From Podarcis cretensis (Eukaryota): DNA of 64,000 nt. The stretch is from assembly GCA_951804945.1 (NCBI GenBank), contig OX638149.1, positions 71,486,001 through 71,550,000 of the forward strand, read 5' to 3'. Position 1 is the stretch's first letter, and each line of letters opens with the position of its first letter. The translations under genes were made by a program, and so were the position numbers. Shown one piece after another: positions 23,609 through 36,820 of this stretch. The notes under the pieces are model-generated. The model worked only from the letters and a program-made list of their open reading frames with translations, searched no databases and was not told where the DNA came from.

Positions 23609-25573
23609 ATTGGCTAAAAGCCATTGACTAAAGCCTAACTTTCAAAATTATTGAATTCATTACAAAAAAATAAAAATGGGCATGCCTGCAATCAGGCCTA
23701 AGGTCAATTTTCTTTATGGGTATGTTTTTATTGACCCATCAAGCTTTCAGATATTTCTTACCTAGTTGAGTGGCCTGCTTTGTGTTTCATATGGAGGTTA
23801 CCCAATATTTATTTTTATGTAGGAGTAGCATTTCCTTTAGATATTGTAAACGTTTGTAGAAATTGGAAGTGAGAATGTTACATGAATGTTAGTGTGAGGT
23901 AACAGCTTCTGCTTGAGTTCATCATGACTATACCTATGCATTTCCCCCTATTTTGCAAAAAGATAATTTGCTCCTTTAACACCTGCGCTATAAGGTGACA
24001 GATGATAGATTTACTAAAGCATGTGATAGGGCAATGACATTATTATTTTTACCATTCATTTATTACAATAATCTGTATCCTGCCTTTCTATGCACATGCC
24101 CGGTTCACATGATGCTTTAAACCAGGGACGTGGAACCGTTGGCCCTCCAGATATTTTTTTGAACTTCAACTCCCATCAGTCCTAGCAAGCATGGCCAATG
24201 GCCTGGGATGATGGGGGTTGTAGTCCAGCGACATCTGGAGGGCTCTGCACCTGGTTTAAAGCCTACTTAAACCAAACTATGGTTTAAAAGGTGATCATGC
24301 AGTATGCTGGTGCCTGCTGCTCAAATTGTGGGTGCTCTTGACTCCTTCCTCACTTCTCCTTAGCTGCTGTATCTAAACTGGGGCTTGTGGTTTCTCCAAA
24401 CTATGAGTGATAACAATAGTAACCAAGATCTGTTCTTGGCTTACTGCTCATGGTTTGTTTGGGCAGGGGGAAAACAAATCAGAAGCCTCGGTTTAAATGT
24501 AACCCTAAGGCTTACAATGGCTTAGCTCCTAGCAGCATGACAGGAGCAGGAGTGGGAGAATAACAAAGCACCCATAATTTCAGCAGTGCACACCAAAATG
24601 CTCCACATTCACCTTTAAAACTCAGACACTATTCAGCTTTCCAGCTTAAACTGCAGCTAGGCCATTCTTTTTATTAATTCAGATTGAAGCAGATTTTGGG
24701 GAAAGCGTGTCAAAATGTAGTATTTCCTAAGAAACAAAAGGATATAGATGGATTTGGGTTGTGGCTGACGTGTGTACATTGCTTCCTAAACCAACAGTGG
24801 GAGCGCACTGGATTCAGAGTAAATGGGAGTGTGTTCATAGCCATTGTTTAGTGTAACAATAATTAAACTGACATGCAAACCAAGCCTGAGTGTGCTTAAG
24901 GCAGTTGCAAAACAAAACAAAAACCTCTTCCATTATTTTTATTATGACACTCAGTTGTAACTCTCTGATTTGCAATTCTACAAACACATTTCACAAGCGA
25001 CATTGTCTCATTGAACTCAGTAGGATTTCTGAGCAGTGGTGCAGTTAGGTAATTTTTGACTCTGGATTTAATAATCTTAACACACACACACTCCCACGGT
25101 AAATAGCAACGTGTGTTCCTTCATTTCAAAATGTGGTGAGCCAGCCTGCTGTGTTTGGGGCCATTTTGCTCATTCTGCTGAGTTGGGGCCCTGGACACAT
25201 CCCCCAAAGCCCTGCCCTGATGGCATCCCTACTCCTGAGTAAACACACAGAGGATTGAACTGTTAGTAATCTGCCTGGTTCTCCTGAAAGTAGCTGTGTG
25301 TTTAACGCTTTCTTTTACATTCATGAATAAAGCTTGACAGAGCTGTAGGGACTCAGAAAGCAGTCTTGTGAAATCGCTACAGGGAAGAAAAAAAAACACA
25401 CCACACAGTCTTTCGTAGCCAGAATTTCCTCCAAGTACTTCCAGCTGTACTTGGAAGGATGAGTCACGCTGGAAGCGAAGGAGGTTTTCTACGAGCCTTT
25501 TGCTTAGTTCACATGATTATTTTTTTATTTTACATTCCTATCTGTTTTTCTTTCCTTAAAAAAAATTGTTAAG

Positions 25574-25722
25574 GAGATTCACCCAAGGAAAATCCGTACG
25601 AGGATGTGGAACTAAAAGCCCGTAATGCAGGCCGAAAATCCCAGCAGTTCTCAGAAAGTTCCCTAGATACTTTGCACAGGATGTGGACTCCGCAGGACAG
25701 GAAGTACACAACACCTCCACAG
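25574..25722 (+). CDS. DENND2B: DENND2B exon (149 nt): DSPKENPYEDVELK...MWTPQDRKYTTPPQ
   Basis: Acceptor ttgttaag| and donor CAG|gtaata; phase 1 to 0. Overlaps ORF 25606. Confidence 0.92.
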
Positions 25723-28057
25723 GTAATACAGCATGTCCTAAAGAGGGCTGGGCTATGCTCAGACCTTGTGTTTAGATGTGAATGTGTTTTATTTGTTTGT
25801 TTGCAAAAGAACTAGCCACAGGAGCAGAGCTAGGAAAAGGGATACTAATTGTAAATGAACTTGATGAAACCAAAAAAGGTTATTAGAAAGGAAGTAGAAT
25901 CCTTTTAGATGTTTGCTGTAGAAAAAAGGAAGCTTTAAGTTTATATACATTTGCTGTAAACATGCACTTAAATTCTGTGATGCTATTTGATACTTTATAC
26001 AGTTATAAAGTTTGTTACCCTTTGCTAAAGTTAGTAAGTCGCAGAATGAGTCACTGTATGTTCTGTCAGTTTCAATAGAAGATAGGCAAAGCTCTGGGTG
26101 TTGTTGTTTTTTTAACCTGAATTATTATGACTTGTCAACTCAGGCTTTATATCTAATCTACTAAAAATAGTGTTAAAACAATGAATGGGGAAATGGCAAG
26201 GCACAGCAAGATTTTCCTTAGACAGATAACTGCTTTAGCTCCTCATCTCCCAAACCAATGTTGCCTCTTATATGACAGTCATGCTGGTCCTGTATGGATG
26301 TATGTTAAATGCCTCATTGGGTTTAGTGTACTTTACTTCTTGAAAAAAAATAACTGAAAACAGAGGACATTATTTCCAAATGCCTTTGATAAAATTATGT
26401 AAGGGTTTGTAATGTTTATGACATAATAGCCTACAGTAAAAACCTTGACGTATGTGGAATGTCAAATTAATTTTGAATCAGTGGGCTTTAGTTCTGAATT
26501 CACTTATTGATTATAAATGGGCTTGTGTATTTGTTTTGTTCAAAATAGATTTTTAAATGTCTGATTTTGTTTTATAAAAATGAACACTATCTTTCATGAA
26601 TTTGGATTACTGTTGTTAAAGATATTCTGTGTGTGAGTGTCTGAGTGCTGATTGGATTACATGATCAACTAGTTCTTTCCAATACTGTATTAGGAATTTA
26701 GAACTTGTGTTTGTGCTGAAGCAAATGAATCGAGTGGGTTATTATTAAACAACTACATAAACTTATTATTTGTATCTCACACAAAAGAGCAGAAGACATA
26801 AGACCTTTTTACACAGATTCTCTTTTGTATGACAAATGGGCGTTTGAAAATTTCCATCTACCTGCTAGCCCATAGTTCCTCCCTTGGCGCTTACAGATTA
26901 TTAGAATGCAATATATAATGTACAATACAATAAAAACAATCAGAGACAGAAACAAACTTCACCACTGGAGAGAATAAAATCAGTAACTTTTAGCAAATTG
27001 CAAATGCTTTCCTAAAAAGAAACTTGTTACCAGCTTCCCCCAAAGTGATTGTGTTAAGCAAGTAGACTTCCTACAGTAACTATCTTCCTAACCTCAGATG
27101 ACAGGGACATGTGGAACATATTTTTGCATCAGTCTGAGTGCAGTCCCCAGATCTTTCCTCAAGGAAACATTTTAATGGAATGATATTGCAGTTCCTGACC
27201 ACTCAAAAGCGCAGTATCTCCCCTGATGATAATCACTGCTATTACGGTTGTGTGGAATATCCCCTTGCATTCACGTGCCATTTTCTGATTTTGTTTATTA
27301 AATTTGCTGTAAACATTGGGGGGGGGGGTTCAATTTTTATTTATTGATTTGGGAGGCTCACTGGGACAAAGTCTGAGCCAGACAAGTAAAAAAGAGAAAC
27401 ACCTGCATTGATGTGTATATACATAGCTGAGGCACAGAGCCAAAATGCTTTCCTAGCAACAAATTAGAATCCCATAGCATGGCCTGAGTTCCATAGTGTT
27501 ACATGGGGCATACTTAACTCCAGTTATTCGAGCAGATACCTTCCCCTGTGGTGTGTCGGCGTCTTGGAGATAGGTGAAAATGCTTAGGCTCATTTCAATG
27601 GTTTATTCCAGACCTTAACTCTGAGGCCATAAAGCTCAGGTTTTTTTTTTTTTATCTTGGGTCTTAAACAGAGAAATGTGGGGAGAAAGGAACTCTCTTC
27701 AGAAGTTACCTGCCATGCATTCTGAGAATATGCAGAGGCCACATATGCTTGCTTTGCCCCAACATAATAACATAATGATGTCATGCAAGAGTCTATGAAT
27801 GTTTCACTGAATGCATGTAGCTTTCCCATCAGATCTTCTGCTCAGTTAGCCAAGATTTGGGGTAGAAGTGGCAGGGATAGAGGCATTTGGGGTGGGGCTG
27901 GAATGACCTGCTCTTCCCTCTATGCATTCTTGGAATGCATGAAGAGCAACTTCTGAGTGGACTAGAGTCTCTATTAGCGTGAGAAAGGTGAATTTCATCC
28001 TATTAAGAAAGGGATTGCAAATAAAACTGTCAATATTGTGGCTTTTATACGTATCTA

Positions 28058-28327
28058 TGCCAACCTAGCAGTTCGAAAGCACGTCAAAGTGCTTAAATAG
28101 GTAGATAGGCACGTCAAAGTAGATAAATAGGTACCACTCTGGTGGGAAGGTAAATGGTGTTTCTGTGCGCTGCTCTGGTTTCACCAGAAGCGGCTTAGTC
28201 ATGCTGGCCACATGACCCGGAAAAACTGTCTGTGGAAAAACGTTGGTTCCCTCAGCCAGTAAAGCGAGATGACCACCACAACCCCAGAGGCATTTGTGAC
28301 TTAACTGTCAGGGGTCCTTTACCTTTT
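28058..28327 (+). mobile_element. 5'-truncated Sauria SINE
   Basis: tgccaacctagcagttcgaaagcacgtc...ggggtcctttaccttt, with a small internal duplication. Confidence 0.85.
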
Positions 28328-28379
28328 TTATGGCGCAACCACACTGTGTAGGATTCTAGTCACTGGACCTAAAAAAAAT

Positions 28380-28640
28380 GGCATAGAAAAGGGCAAATGA
28401 TCAGGAGTGTAGGGTAACTCCACTCTAAGTAAATGTTTTGTTTACAGCCAGTTTAGGATAAAGATGAGTAAAGTGGGGGCACGATACAGGTTTATAAAAT
28501 TATGCATGGTGTGACAAAAGTTGATAGAGAGAGGTTTCTCTTCCTCTTCCTCTTCCTCTTATAACACAACCTGGGCTCATGAATAGTGGGAGATTATGAT
28601 ATACAAAAGGAAGTACTCTTCAGACAGAATTATTAATATA
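28380..28640 (+). mobile_element. Highly decayed CR1 fragment
   Basis: tttataaaattatgcatggtgtg...aaagttgatagaga resembles the CR1 copy at 29120. Confidence 0.5.
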
Positions 28641-29119
28641 TGTTTAGTGGGAGGGAAGAAAGACTCTGTATTGTCATATCTAAAAAGGAAGAGATGAAAA
28701 ATTATTCTAGCTGTGCAATCCTGACCATATTTACTGTGAAGTAAGCCCCACTGTGTTCAGTGGGATTTGTTTCCATGCAGGTGTTCATAGAATTGCAGCC
28801 TAGAGCAGTCAATTGCCAAGTACTGAGAGTTCTGTGGAAGACATCCCCAGTTAAAGATTACAAGCCAAGAGAGTGATGGGACTAGAAGGGCTAATGTTCT
28901 GAGCTGGTATAAGGCAGCTCATTATACTAATGGCAGAATGTAGTCTTTTTCAATGAAAAGGGCAATTTTGTCTCTCTGACCAACAATCTCTCCTTATTTA
29001 CTGTTCACTGAAGCTCATTTGAGATCTTTCTGCTAATTATATTAAAAATTCAGTCAAGGCCCGGCATGGCTGGACTTTGCCGGAATAACTGTGTTTGTAT
29101 GGGTGGAATTTGTTTTTCC

Positions 29120-29706
29120 TCCAAAATGATATTGTAGAGCTGGAAAAGGCAGCCAAAATGATCAGGGGGATAGAGTAACTCAAAACAAATGAAGCTTACA
29201 ATATTTGGAGGCTACTGAATTTTTTAAAAAAGGGGGGGGTAAGGGGGAGCATAAAAAAGTGTGTAAAATTATGCATGGAGTAGATAAAGTGGACAGACGG
29301 AAGTATTTCTCCATCAGTCAAAATTCTGGAGCCCAGAGTCATCCAGTTAAGCGAAATGGTAGGCAATTCAAGACTGACAAAAGTAAGTACTTCTTCATAA
29401 AGCACATAGTTAAACTATGGAAATCACTTCAACAGGATGTGGTGATGGCCACCTACGGATGGCTCCAAAAAGGAACATAAGGCTATCATTGGGTACTAGA
29501 CAAAATGGCTACACACCATTTCCAAGATCAGAGGCAGGGTGCCCCTGAATACCTGTGCCTGCAGATTATGAGCAGGCGAGTACTACTGCTGTCATGTCCT
29601 GCTTATGGTCTTCTCATGGGCACCTGGTTGGCCAATGTGTGAAACACAATGCTGGATTAGATAAGCCTGTGGTCTGATCCCACAGGGCTCTTCTTACTTT
29701 CTTATG
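29120..29706 (+). mobile_element. CR1 LINE 3' end including terminal (TTCTTATG)-type repeats
   Basis: ORF 29205 (KIMHGVDKVDR...FKTDKSKYFF...KLWKSLQQDVV) matches the CR1 ORF2 C-terminus. The 3' UTR ends gctggattagat...ggtctgatcc...gggctcttcttactttcttatg. Confidence 0.85.
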
Positions 29707-29718
29707 CCTACTTCTTAG

Positions 29719-29934
29719 CTACCTTCAAAGCCCAGCAGCCAGTCACTAAGAATCGGAAACTGGTCAGAAAGGAGAAGCCATCGTGTACCACGGTTACCCA
29801 AGAGACACAGTCATGATGACATGCTGCTGCTGGCCCAGCTTGGCATTCCCTCCTCTCCATCCAGCCTGAATGAAGACAGTTTGAGTACTACCAGCGAACT
29901 TCTTTCCACACGCAGAGCCCGGAGGGTGCCAAAG
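29719..29934 (+). CDS. DENND2B: DENND2B exon (216 nt): LPSKPSSQSLRIGNWSERRSHR...SELLSTRRARRVPK
   Basis: Acceptor cttcttag| and donor AAG|gtaact; phase 0-0. Confidence 0.94.
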
Positions 29935-30129
29935 GTAACTACTACAAATCGGTCATGATGTTGCTTTTTCTTACCCTTGGTGTAATATCCCAAATTTAGT
30001 ACAAAATTAAGTATTGTTGCTGGAGGCAGTGTGCCCTTGAATGCCAGTTGCTGAGATTCACAACTGGACAAAGTGCTATTGCTCTCAGGTTGTGTTTTTC
30101 GTTTCCCCATAGTCCTGATCTAGCAGGGC

Positions 30130-30501
30130 NNNNNNNNNNNNNNNNNNNNNNNNNNNNNNNNNNNNNNNNNNNNNNNNNNNNNNNNNNNNNNNNNNNNNNN
30201 NNNNNNNNNNNNNNNNNNNNNNNNNNNNNNNNNNNNNNNNNNNNNNNNNNNNNNNNNNNNNNNNNNNNNNNNNNNNNNNNNNNNNNNNNNNNNNNNNNNN
30301 NNNNNNNNNNNNNNNNNNNNNNNNNNNNNNNNNNNNNNNNNNNNNNNNNNNNNNNNNNNNNNNNNNNNNNNNNNNNNNNNNNNNNNNNNNNNNNNNNNNN
30401 NNNNNNNNNNNNNNNNNNNNNNNNNNNNNNNNNNNNNNNNNNNNNNNNNNNNNNNNNNNNNNNNNNNNNNNNNNNNNNNNNNNNNNNNNNNNNNNNNNNN
30501 N
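30130..30501. other. Assembly gap (372 N)
   Basis: Run of N read directly. Confidence 0.99.
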
Positions 30502-31443
30502 ATGGGAATACCTGGGTTGTGGGGTGGGGTGGGGTGGGAAAATCCCTGAGTTGTTTTTTTTGTGCTGCAGCAACCAACTTCAGACTGAAAGGTAAAAGCA
30601 CTAAAACAGGCATTGCTTACACATGTGGTGTAAAGCACATGTATATCCATGTAACACCTGCCGTGGCCATGTGGCCTTCTAGCTCTCAATAAAGGGAAAA
30701 CAACTGCATGAAATATCCACAAAGACATCTGAGCCACAAGTTATGTTGTTGGCACAGTGGGTGTCTGCCTTCACCACTCCATTTCTGGAAAAGATTTTTT
30801 AGGTGCATGTGTGAAAAAGGGCAATTACACGTTTTCCCTTAATCTCTGCAAACTGGTGCATTGCTCTGTTTTGCTTAAATTATAATGTGAGTAGCAGTTG
30901 ACCTGCTGCTATTTATAATCCATGGTTTGTGCCTAAAGTTTTTTGTTTTTGTTTGTCATGGTGGTTCCCAAGGAAATCGCAACTGATCCAACATGGGTCC
31001 TATTGTTTATATCTGGGCAATTCAGATAGCTGCGTCATGGCAGATTTGAAACAAGCCTCAATTAAAGTTAAGCTCTTGCAACTTGGTAAAAAACTTACAA
31101 ATCTAAGAAGGAGATGGAATAATTATCTGGTAGTATGAGCAGTTAGAATGAACAACAGCATATTTATTTATAATGATAAATGTAGCATTTTCCTTATATG
31201 TTTAACTCTTTCCTGTGCAGTTGTGTTTAGTAAATTCTTAACAGAACTTCCCCTCCCTCTCTTCTCCCTGTTCTGGGTTTCTCCCAAACCATTTGGAGCA
31301 GATTTGGAGAGGGCAGAGGGTTTGCTAACATATCCTGTGCATTGCATACTGCCCTCACCCACACACTTTTTTTAATTCTCCATCCTTATTAGAGTTCAAG
31401 TGCTGATTTGACAGAGGCTAATGGTTCTCCTCTTCTTTTACAG

Positions 31444-31540
31444 CTTGTACAAAGGATCAATTCTATCTATAGTGCAAAGAGAGGGAAAAAAAGATTGAAG
31501 AAGCTTTCAATGTCCAATATTGAAACAGCATCACTGAGAG
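31444..31540 (+). CDS. DENND2B: DENND2B exon (97 nt): LVQRINSIYSAKRGKKRLKKLSMSNIETASLR
   Basis: Acceptor tcttctttacag| and donor G|gtatat; phase 0 to 1. Confidence 0.94.
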
Positions 31541-32801
31541 GTATATCATGAAATCCGTTTTAGCACCCATCTTTCATTACAGAAGTCACTTTTACACTGA
31601 TATACTGTATAATAAATAAACAGATAAAGCTGCATGGTGAGGTGCTTGTTCCTAAGCACAAACTAGGGAATTGCAGCCAATTAGGGGTCCCTGGTGTGCA
31701 TCCTTCAGCATTTAGGAATGCCCATTTGCTTTTCACATTTCCACATTTAGTGCAAGAGATACTAGGGAAACGTGGCCATAGCTGCAACAAACCTGATTGC
31801 TATATAAAGTGTGAAACGGCTCTCAATGTTTCCTGGAAGGTGCCAGCTAATTTCTGCAGAACTGAAGTGCACAAATGTGCTCATGGTGAAGCCACATTGG
31901 CCACTGATTTATTCCTGTCAACTTGTTGCATATGCAACAATGTGAAAGTAAAACCAATTAATAAAACTGGATCCTGTGTGCATATTCTTTCCAAATAAAT
32001 GTTTTTAATATTTGCTATGGTCTGTGCATCTCATGTGCATCTTTGTATGTGCATGTGATCATGTATGCCAGTGTGTGTGTGCCAGGGTAGCAGAAGTAAT
32101 GAGAGTTCCTAATGGTTCTGCCCTATGAGATGTACCACTCCAACACCAAGACATGAAAACATAGAGGGCTTAGGAAGATGTCTTGTACTAAGTGAAGCCA
32201 TTGGTCCACTCACTTTGACTGGCAGCAGCAGTCCAGGGTTTCAGACAGGGTGCAATGTGGGAGACTGAACCTAGGACCTTCTGCATATAACGCAGATGCC
32301 TATCTGCTGACCTAAGGCCCTTCCCTTATATCTAGATCTGAACTTAGCCTTGCTACTGCTTGCTGCTGGCTCCCTGCCCTTGACACATAGCTGTTGGCCT
32401 GCTTAAGTGCAGCCACATGCTGTGAATGTGTCGCCAGCCTAGCTACCAGTATGCCCACTTACCCAAGTGGGCATTCATCACAGAATTAATTCATGTTATT
32501 CATACAGATTTCTGACTACTTAAGCTTTTAAAGTGTCCCCCTTGACTTCTCTGAGGTGTTACAATCTCTTTTCAGTAAAAAGAATTTGAATGGGAAAGTG
32601 TCAAACTAGTTGAATGGGAAAGTGTCAAGCAGCCTGGAAATTACTTTTTTCTTAAAGATTTCCATAATCATGAAACACCGCTTGACCATGTATTTTCATT
32701 GCAGGACATAAGGACACACATTATTTTTATTATTATTTTGCTAACTTTAAGAGCAAACCTGAATTTTCCTTCTGATAATAGAATCATTCTCTCTATTTCA
32801 G

Positions 32802-32846
32802 ATGAAAATAGTGAGAGTGAGAGTGATTCGGATGACAGGTTTAAAG
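32802..32846 (+). CDS. DENND2B: DENND2B small exon (45 nt): DENSESESDSDDRFK
   Basis: Acceptor ctctatttcag| and donor G|gtgaga; phase 1-1. Confidence 0.93.
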
Positions 32847-33000
32847 GTGAGAGGCTCAGCATTCCTTATCTTTTAGTTGCTATACAATCCAATGAAATTA
32901 AATGGGAGACAAGGTGTACATCTCCCCCTTACCACATCCCATTCCATCTCTGACAGCAGATGCACGTGAGAGTGGCGATGGAGCAGCAGTGGCATGCGAT

Positions 33001-33260
33001 CAGGGGTCAGCAAACTTTTTCATCAGGGGGCTGGTCCACTGTCCCTCAGACCTTGTGGGGGGGCCGGACTATTTTTTTTTTTTTTGGGGGGGGGGAATGA
33101 ACGAATTTCTATGCCCCACAAATAAGCCAGAGATGCATTTTAAATAAAAGGACACATTCTACTCATGTAAAAACACGCTGATTCCCGGACCGTCCGCAGG
33201 CTGGATTTAGAAGGCGATTGGGCCGGATCTGGCCCCCGGGCCTTAATTTGCCTACCCATG
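33001..33260 (+). mobile_element. hAT (Charlie-like) MITE
   Basis: CAGGGGTCAGCAAA...TTTGCCTACCCATG; homologous to the copies at 23006 and 51164. Confidence 0.88.
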
Positions 33261-35081
33261 CCACTAGGTGCTGGCAGCACTGTGTTCACTTGGATGGGAC
33301 AGGGTGGCAGCAAGGTCAGGGAATGGCAGCAGCATTCTATAGGTGCATCCTGGCTGCTACTGCCAACTTGGAGCTCTCCGGACTTTGCTATTGCCCTAGT
33401 GCTCCTGTCGCTGCTGGCTGAGCATCATTACAAACGATGCTGCTCGTCTCTGAGGGTCCCCTGAGCCTAAGAATCGGCCTTTGGAGAGGTGGTACATTGG
33501 GGGTGCAGTAAGGAAGAAGCAGGGAAGCCGTTTCATTGTCTTTAGGATGTTTGCATTTGACTAAAGTAATTATTCTCATGCAAGGCCTTGTATCAAGGAT
33601 TGGTAACCCCCAGCCTTCCATGATAGTCTTGAACTGCAACTCCTGCCATTCCTGACCATTGGCCATGCTAGCTGAGGATGATGGGAGTTCGAGCCCAACG
33701 GCATCTGTAGGGCCACAGGTTTCCCAATCCCTGCATGTAGCCAATAAGAATATAATAAGTGGTGGTCATTGTGATGGACAATTGTAACACTACGTTTCCT
33801 AAATGCTTAAAGCACTTTGTAGATATGTTATATCAGTAATCATTATCTATAGCAAGCCTATATAATATGCCAGTACTGTCATCACCCTATTATAGATTGG
33901 CGGCAGTAGGCATTTAAGGTGAAAGCTACCCAATACAGTTCTTCCCAGCTTGGAGCACCTGCTCAGAACCAGCATTTTCTGCAGCTTATCTTCTTTTTAC
34001 AGTTTTTTTTGAGCATGGAGAAAATTAATTAAGGTGCACTAAATGCAAAGCTTCATATAAAGGAATGGGTTTTTTAAAAAATAAGAAGAAATATGGTGGA
34101 TATGACTATCACTTAAAAATCCTTTAAAGACAGTAATAATAATGATGATGAAATGATTGTGAAATTGCTGGGCACAGTTTCTCTTCTCCTTAGCCGTCTT
34201 TGCTGCTTTTGCTTTCTAGCAGTCTGGTGCATCTCAGTCTTTGTCTGGCCAGTAAATCTGTTTTTATGGACTTATTTCCCAGCTAGTGCCAGAATCTGCT
34301 TTTATTCCATTGAATTTCCTGGCTTTAGGTTGATACAGATTACTGTGGTAATCTGAGGTGCAGCAGAAACGGATGGGTGAAACTGCAGCTTGTTGCTGCT
34401 CCTTCTGTGGGGCCTTAAAATTAGTATTATATATTTGTTATTGTATTTTTCCCAGAAGGCAATGCTCTTATATTACCTGGGGGAGGGGGCATTCACTCCA
34501 AGAGGAGCTTCCTTTCTTCTGCTTTTTAAAAAACAATGCTATCATCAGTCTAGTCCCTGATCTAGCTTGGGACCACAGTACAGGGGGCAAAGGGTTAAAT
34601 CTCTCCCTAATGCACACCCTCATTCAAATCAGCCCCCCCTCCCCATATCTACATGGGAGGAGAAAAGAGAAGGGAAAGTTTTGTTGTGCAAGCAGAAGTC
34701 CTTGTGTAGGGCTTCTGCTGCCAGAAATCCTTAGTTGAATCCCACCCAGAGGACTTTATCACATCAAGGTTGAAACATATTTGGCAACACAGACCTGATT
34801 CTAAAGTGATGCGAGAAGCTATTTTATGTTTGCTAATAAAGTACAGGGATCCTTACGGTTTACAGCCTGTTGCATTTGATGCTGTGCAGTCAGCTGACTT
34901 CGTAAAGCTTGAGTAGGTTGTATTCCTCAAGTTTCTTTTCAAGAACTTTTATCGCTTCTGTATTTGAAAAGGCTTTCATTTATGTAGGAAATAAAGACAT
35001 GCAGAATTAAAAGTGAACATGCTTGGGCTTAGCATCTCAGAAGCTGCCAAGTAATACTTCTTGCTTCTTTTCTAATATTAG

Positions 35082-35266
35082 CTCACACCCAGCGCCTTGT
35101 CCACATCCAGTCAATGCTGAAGAGAGCTCCTAGTTACCGGACTTTGGAACTGGAGCTGATTGAATGGCAGGAACGTGAATTGTTTGAGTATTTTGTGGTA
35201 GTTTCTCTTAAGAAGAAGCCCTCTAAAAATACTTACCTCCCTGAAGTCACATATCAGTTTCCAAAG
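35082..35266 (+). CDS. DENND2B: DENND2B exon (185 nt): AHTQRLVHIQSMLKRAPSYRTLE...LFEYFVVV...YQFPK (start of uDENN)
   Basis: Acceptor tctaatattag| and donor AAG|gtaaaa; phase 1 to 0. Overlaps ORF 35114. Confidence 0.96.
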
Positions 35267-35649
35267 GTAAAACAACAACTTTATTGCATTGCCGTCATTA
35301 TTGTTATTGTAGCTGTTGACTGCTATTGTAGCATATAGGGGACAGTGTTAGGCACATGCATAACTTAAAAATAGACACATGTCCAATTTTAAGAAATATT
35401 ACTATAGATGGGTGGACATTATTATTTTATATTTCACATTAAATTTATATAGTCATCCATCAATAAATATTCTCTAGGTGGTTTACAAACAAAATTTAAA
35501 ATGATGCCAGTTTTTATTGCCCTTGTTTATGTTGTGGATGTTTTGATGAGACTTTTTATTGGAATGCTACCACTGCTGTGTTATTTTATTTTTTTCTAAA
35601 CTGCTGTGAGGTCATATTTTCAAACAAAGGGCAGCCTAGAAATGATTTT

Positions 35650-35703
35650 AAGTAAGTAGGTAGGTAAGTAAGTAAGTAAGTGAGTAAGTAAGTAGTAAGT
35701 AAA
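35650..35703. repeat. (AAGT/AGGT)n microsatellite, probably the tail of an old LINE
   Basis: Tandem units read directly. Confidence 0.8.
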
Positions 35704-36710
35704 TAGGATGGCTGCATTCACACAGTGTGGCAAACTATAGTAAATGGTTTTTCTGTGAACATGGGAGATCGCTTCACTCCTCTCTTAGCACAAGCTGAAA
35801 CAACGAATTGCAATCCCTGGCTCAATGTTATGGGAGAATGTAACACACTGTAGATGGTACAGATGTGTTCACGGTGATGGTATTACAGCTTGATCTAGGG
35901 AAGAAGGAATTGCCACAGTTCCTTTCTATTCTGTAGAAATCGTTCTGCCCTCAGGATAGGATTTTGGGAGGGTGTGGAGCACCATGGTAGAGAGGCAGCA
36001 GCGTGGAACTCCTTTGCAATAGGCATCACTTTCACTTGTCCTTTCATTGGATACAACCCACTGACTTTTTTTTTCAAAATTGGCCTATTGAAATGAATAG
36101 CCTTGATAAACTTAGGTTTATTAATATCACTGGGTTTACTCTAAGTTAGTTGAATACGACCCATAAAGTCAGTCTTCTCAGTGTTTGTAGTTTTCTTTGC
36201 CTAGAGTCAAGATCTCATAAGGCTAATGGAATCAGGCAAAGGCAATAATGGAACAGCAGCAACAAAAGCAGGATCCTGAGTGGGTTTCTATGATTGTGTG
36301 GAGGAGAAAGATATCAATGAGGCTCTGATATCAATAATAATAATACCCAGCTTATCTATTTTGTCATTTGTCTTCTCTTGAACCAAAAAGGCAGTAGTTT
36401 AAATTCAAAAGGCACATTTTTGCCTTTCTGCGTATGTTTCTGTACTAAGTAATATATATATATGGCTTTGGGGGATAAAATATAGTTTTCTCATTTAGTT
36501 ACTTGGTTGAGTCACAGTTCAATCCTTAACCATGTCTACTTAGAAGTAAGCCCTATTGGGTTCAATGGGGCTTTTCCTCCCAGGTAAGTAGGGTTTAGGA
36601 TTGCAGCCTTAAGAGATGTTTGTAAAAGGATAGCTATTCCCTGTATTGATTTAAAAAGCCTGATTTGAGTCTGTTCTAGACTCTGCTGATGTTGACTTAT
36701 TCAACCACAG

Positions 36711-36820
36711 CTAGAAAGACCCACAAAGCAAGTTCGCGAAGCAGAAGAACGTCTCAAGGCCATCCCACAGTTCTGCTTCCCAGATGCCAAGGACTGGAAC
36801 CCAGTGTCAGAATACAACAG
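36711..36820 (+). CDS. DENND2B: DENND2B exon (110 nt): LERPTKQVREAEERLKAIPQFCFPDAKDWNPVSEYN(S)
   Basis: Acceptor accacag| and donor AG|gtaaac. Contains the uDENN FCFP motif. Confidence 0.95.

Noticed and set aside
25460-26055. AP-1 (TGAGTCA) motifs flanking exon 25574
   Set aside because: A 7-mer is expected several times by chance in 64 kb; it cannot be supported without conservation or chromatin data.
29996-30737. Four long ORFs (162-214 aa) in the ORF track
   Set aside because: They are artefacts of reading through the N gap.
32586-32628. Short tandem duplications (ttgaatgggaaagtgtcaa x2; also acactgactggctt x2 near 1776-1808)
   Set aside because: These look like simple local slippage duplications with no evidence of function.
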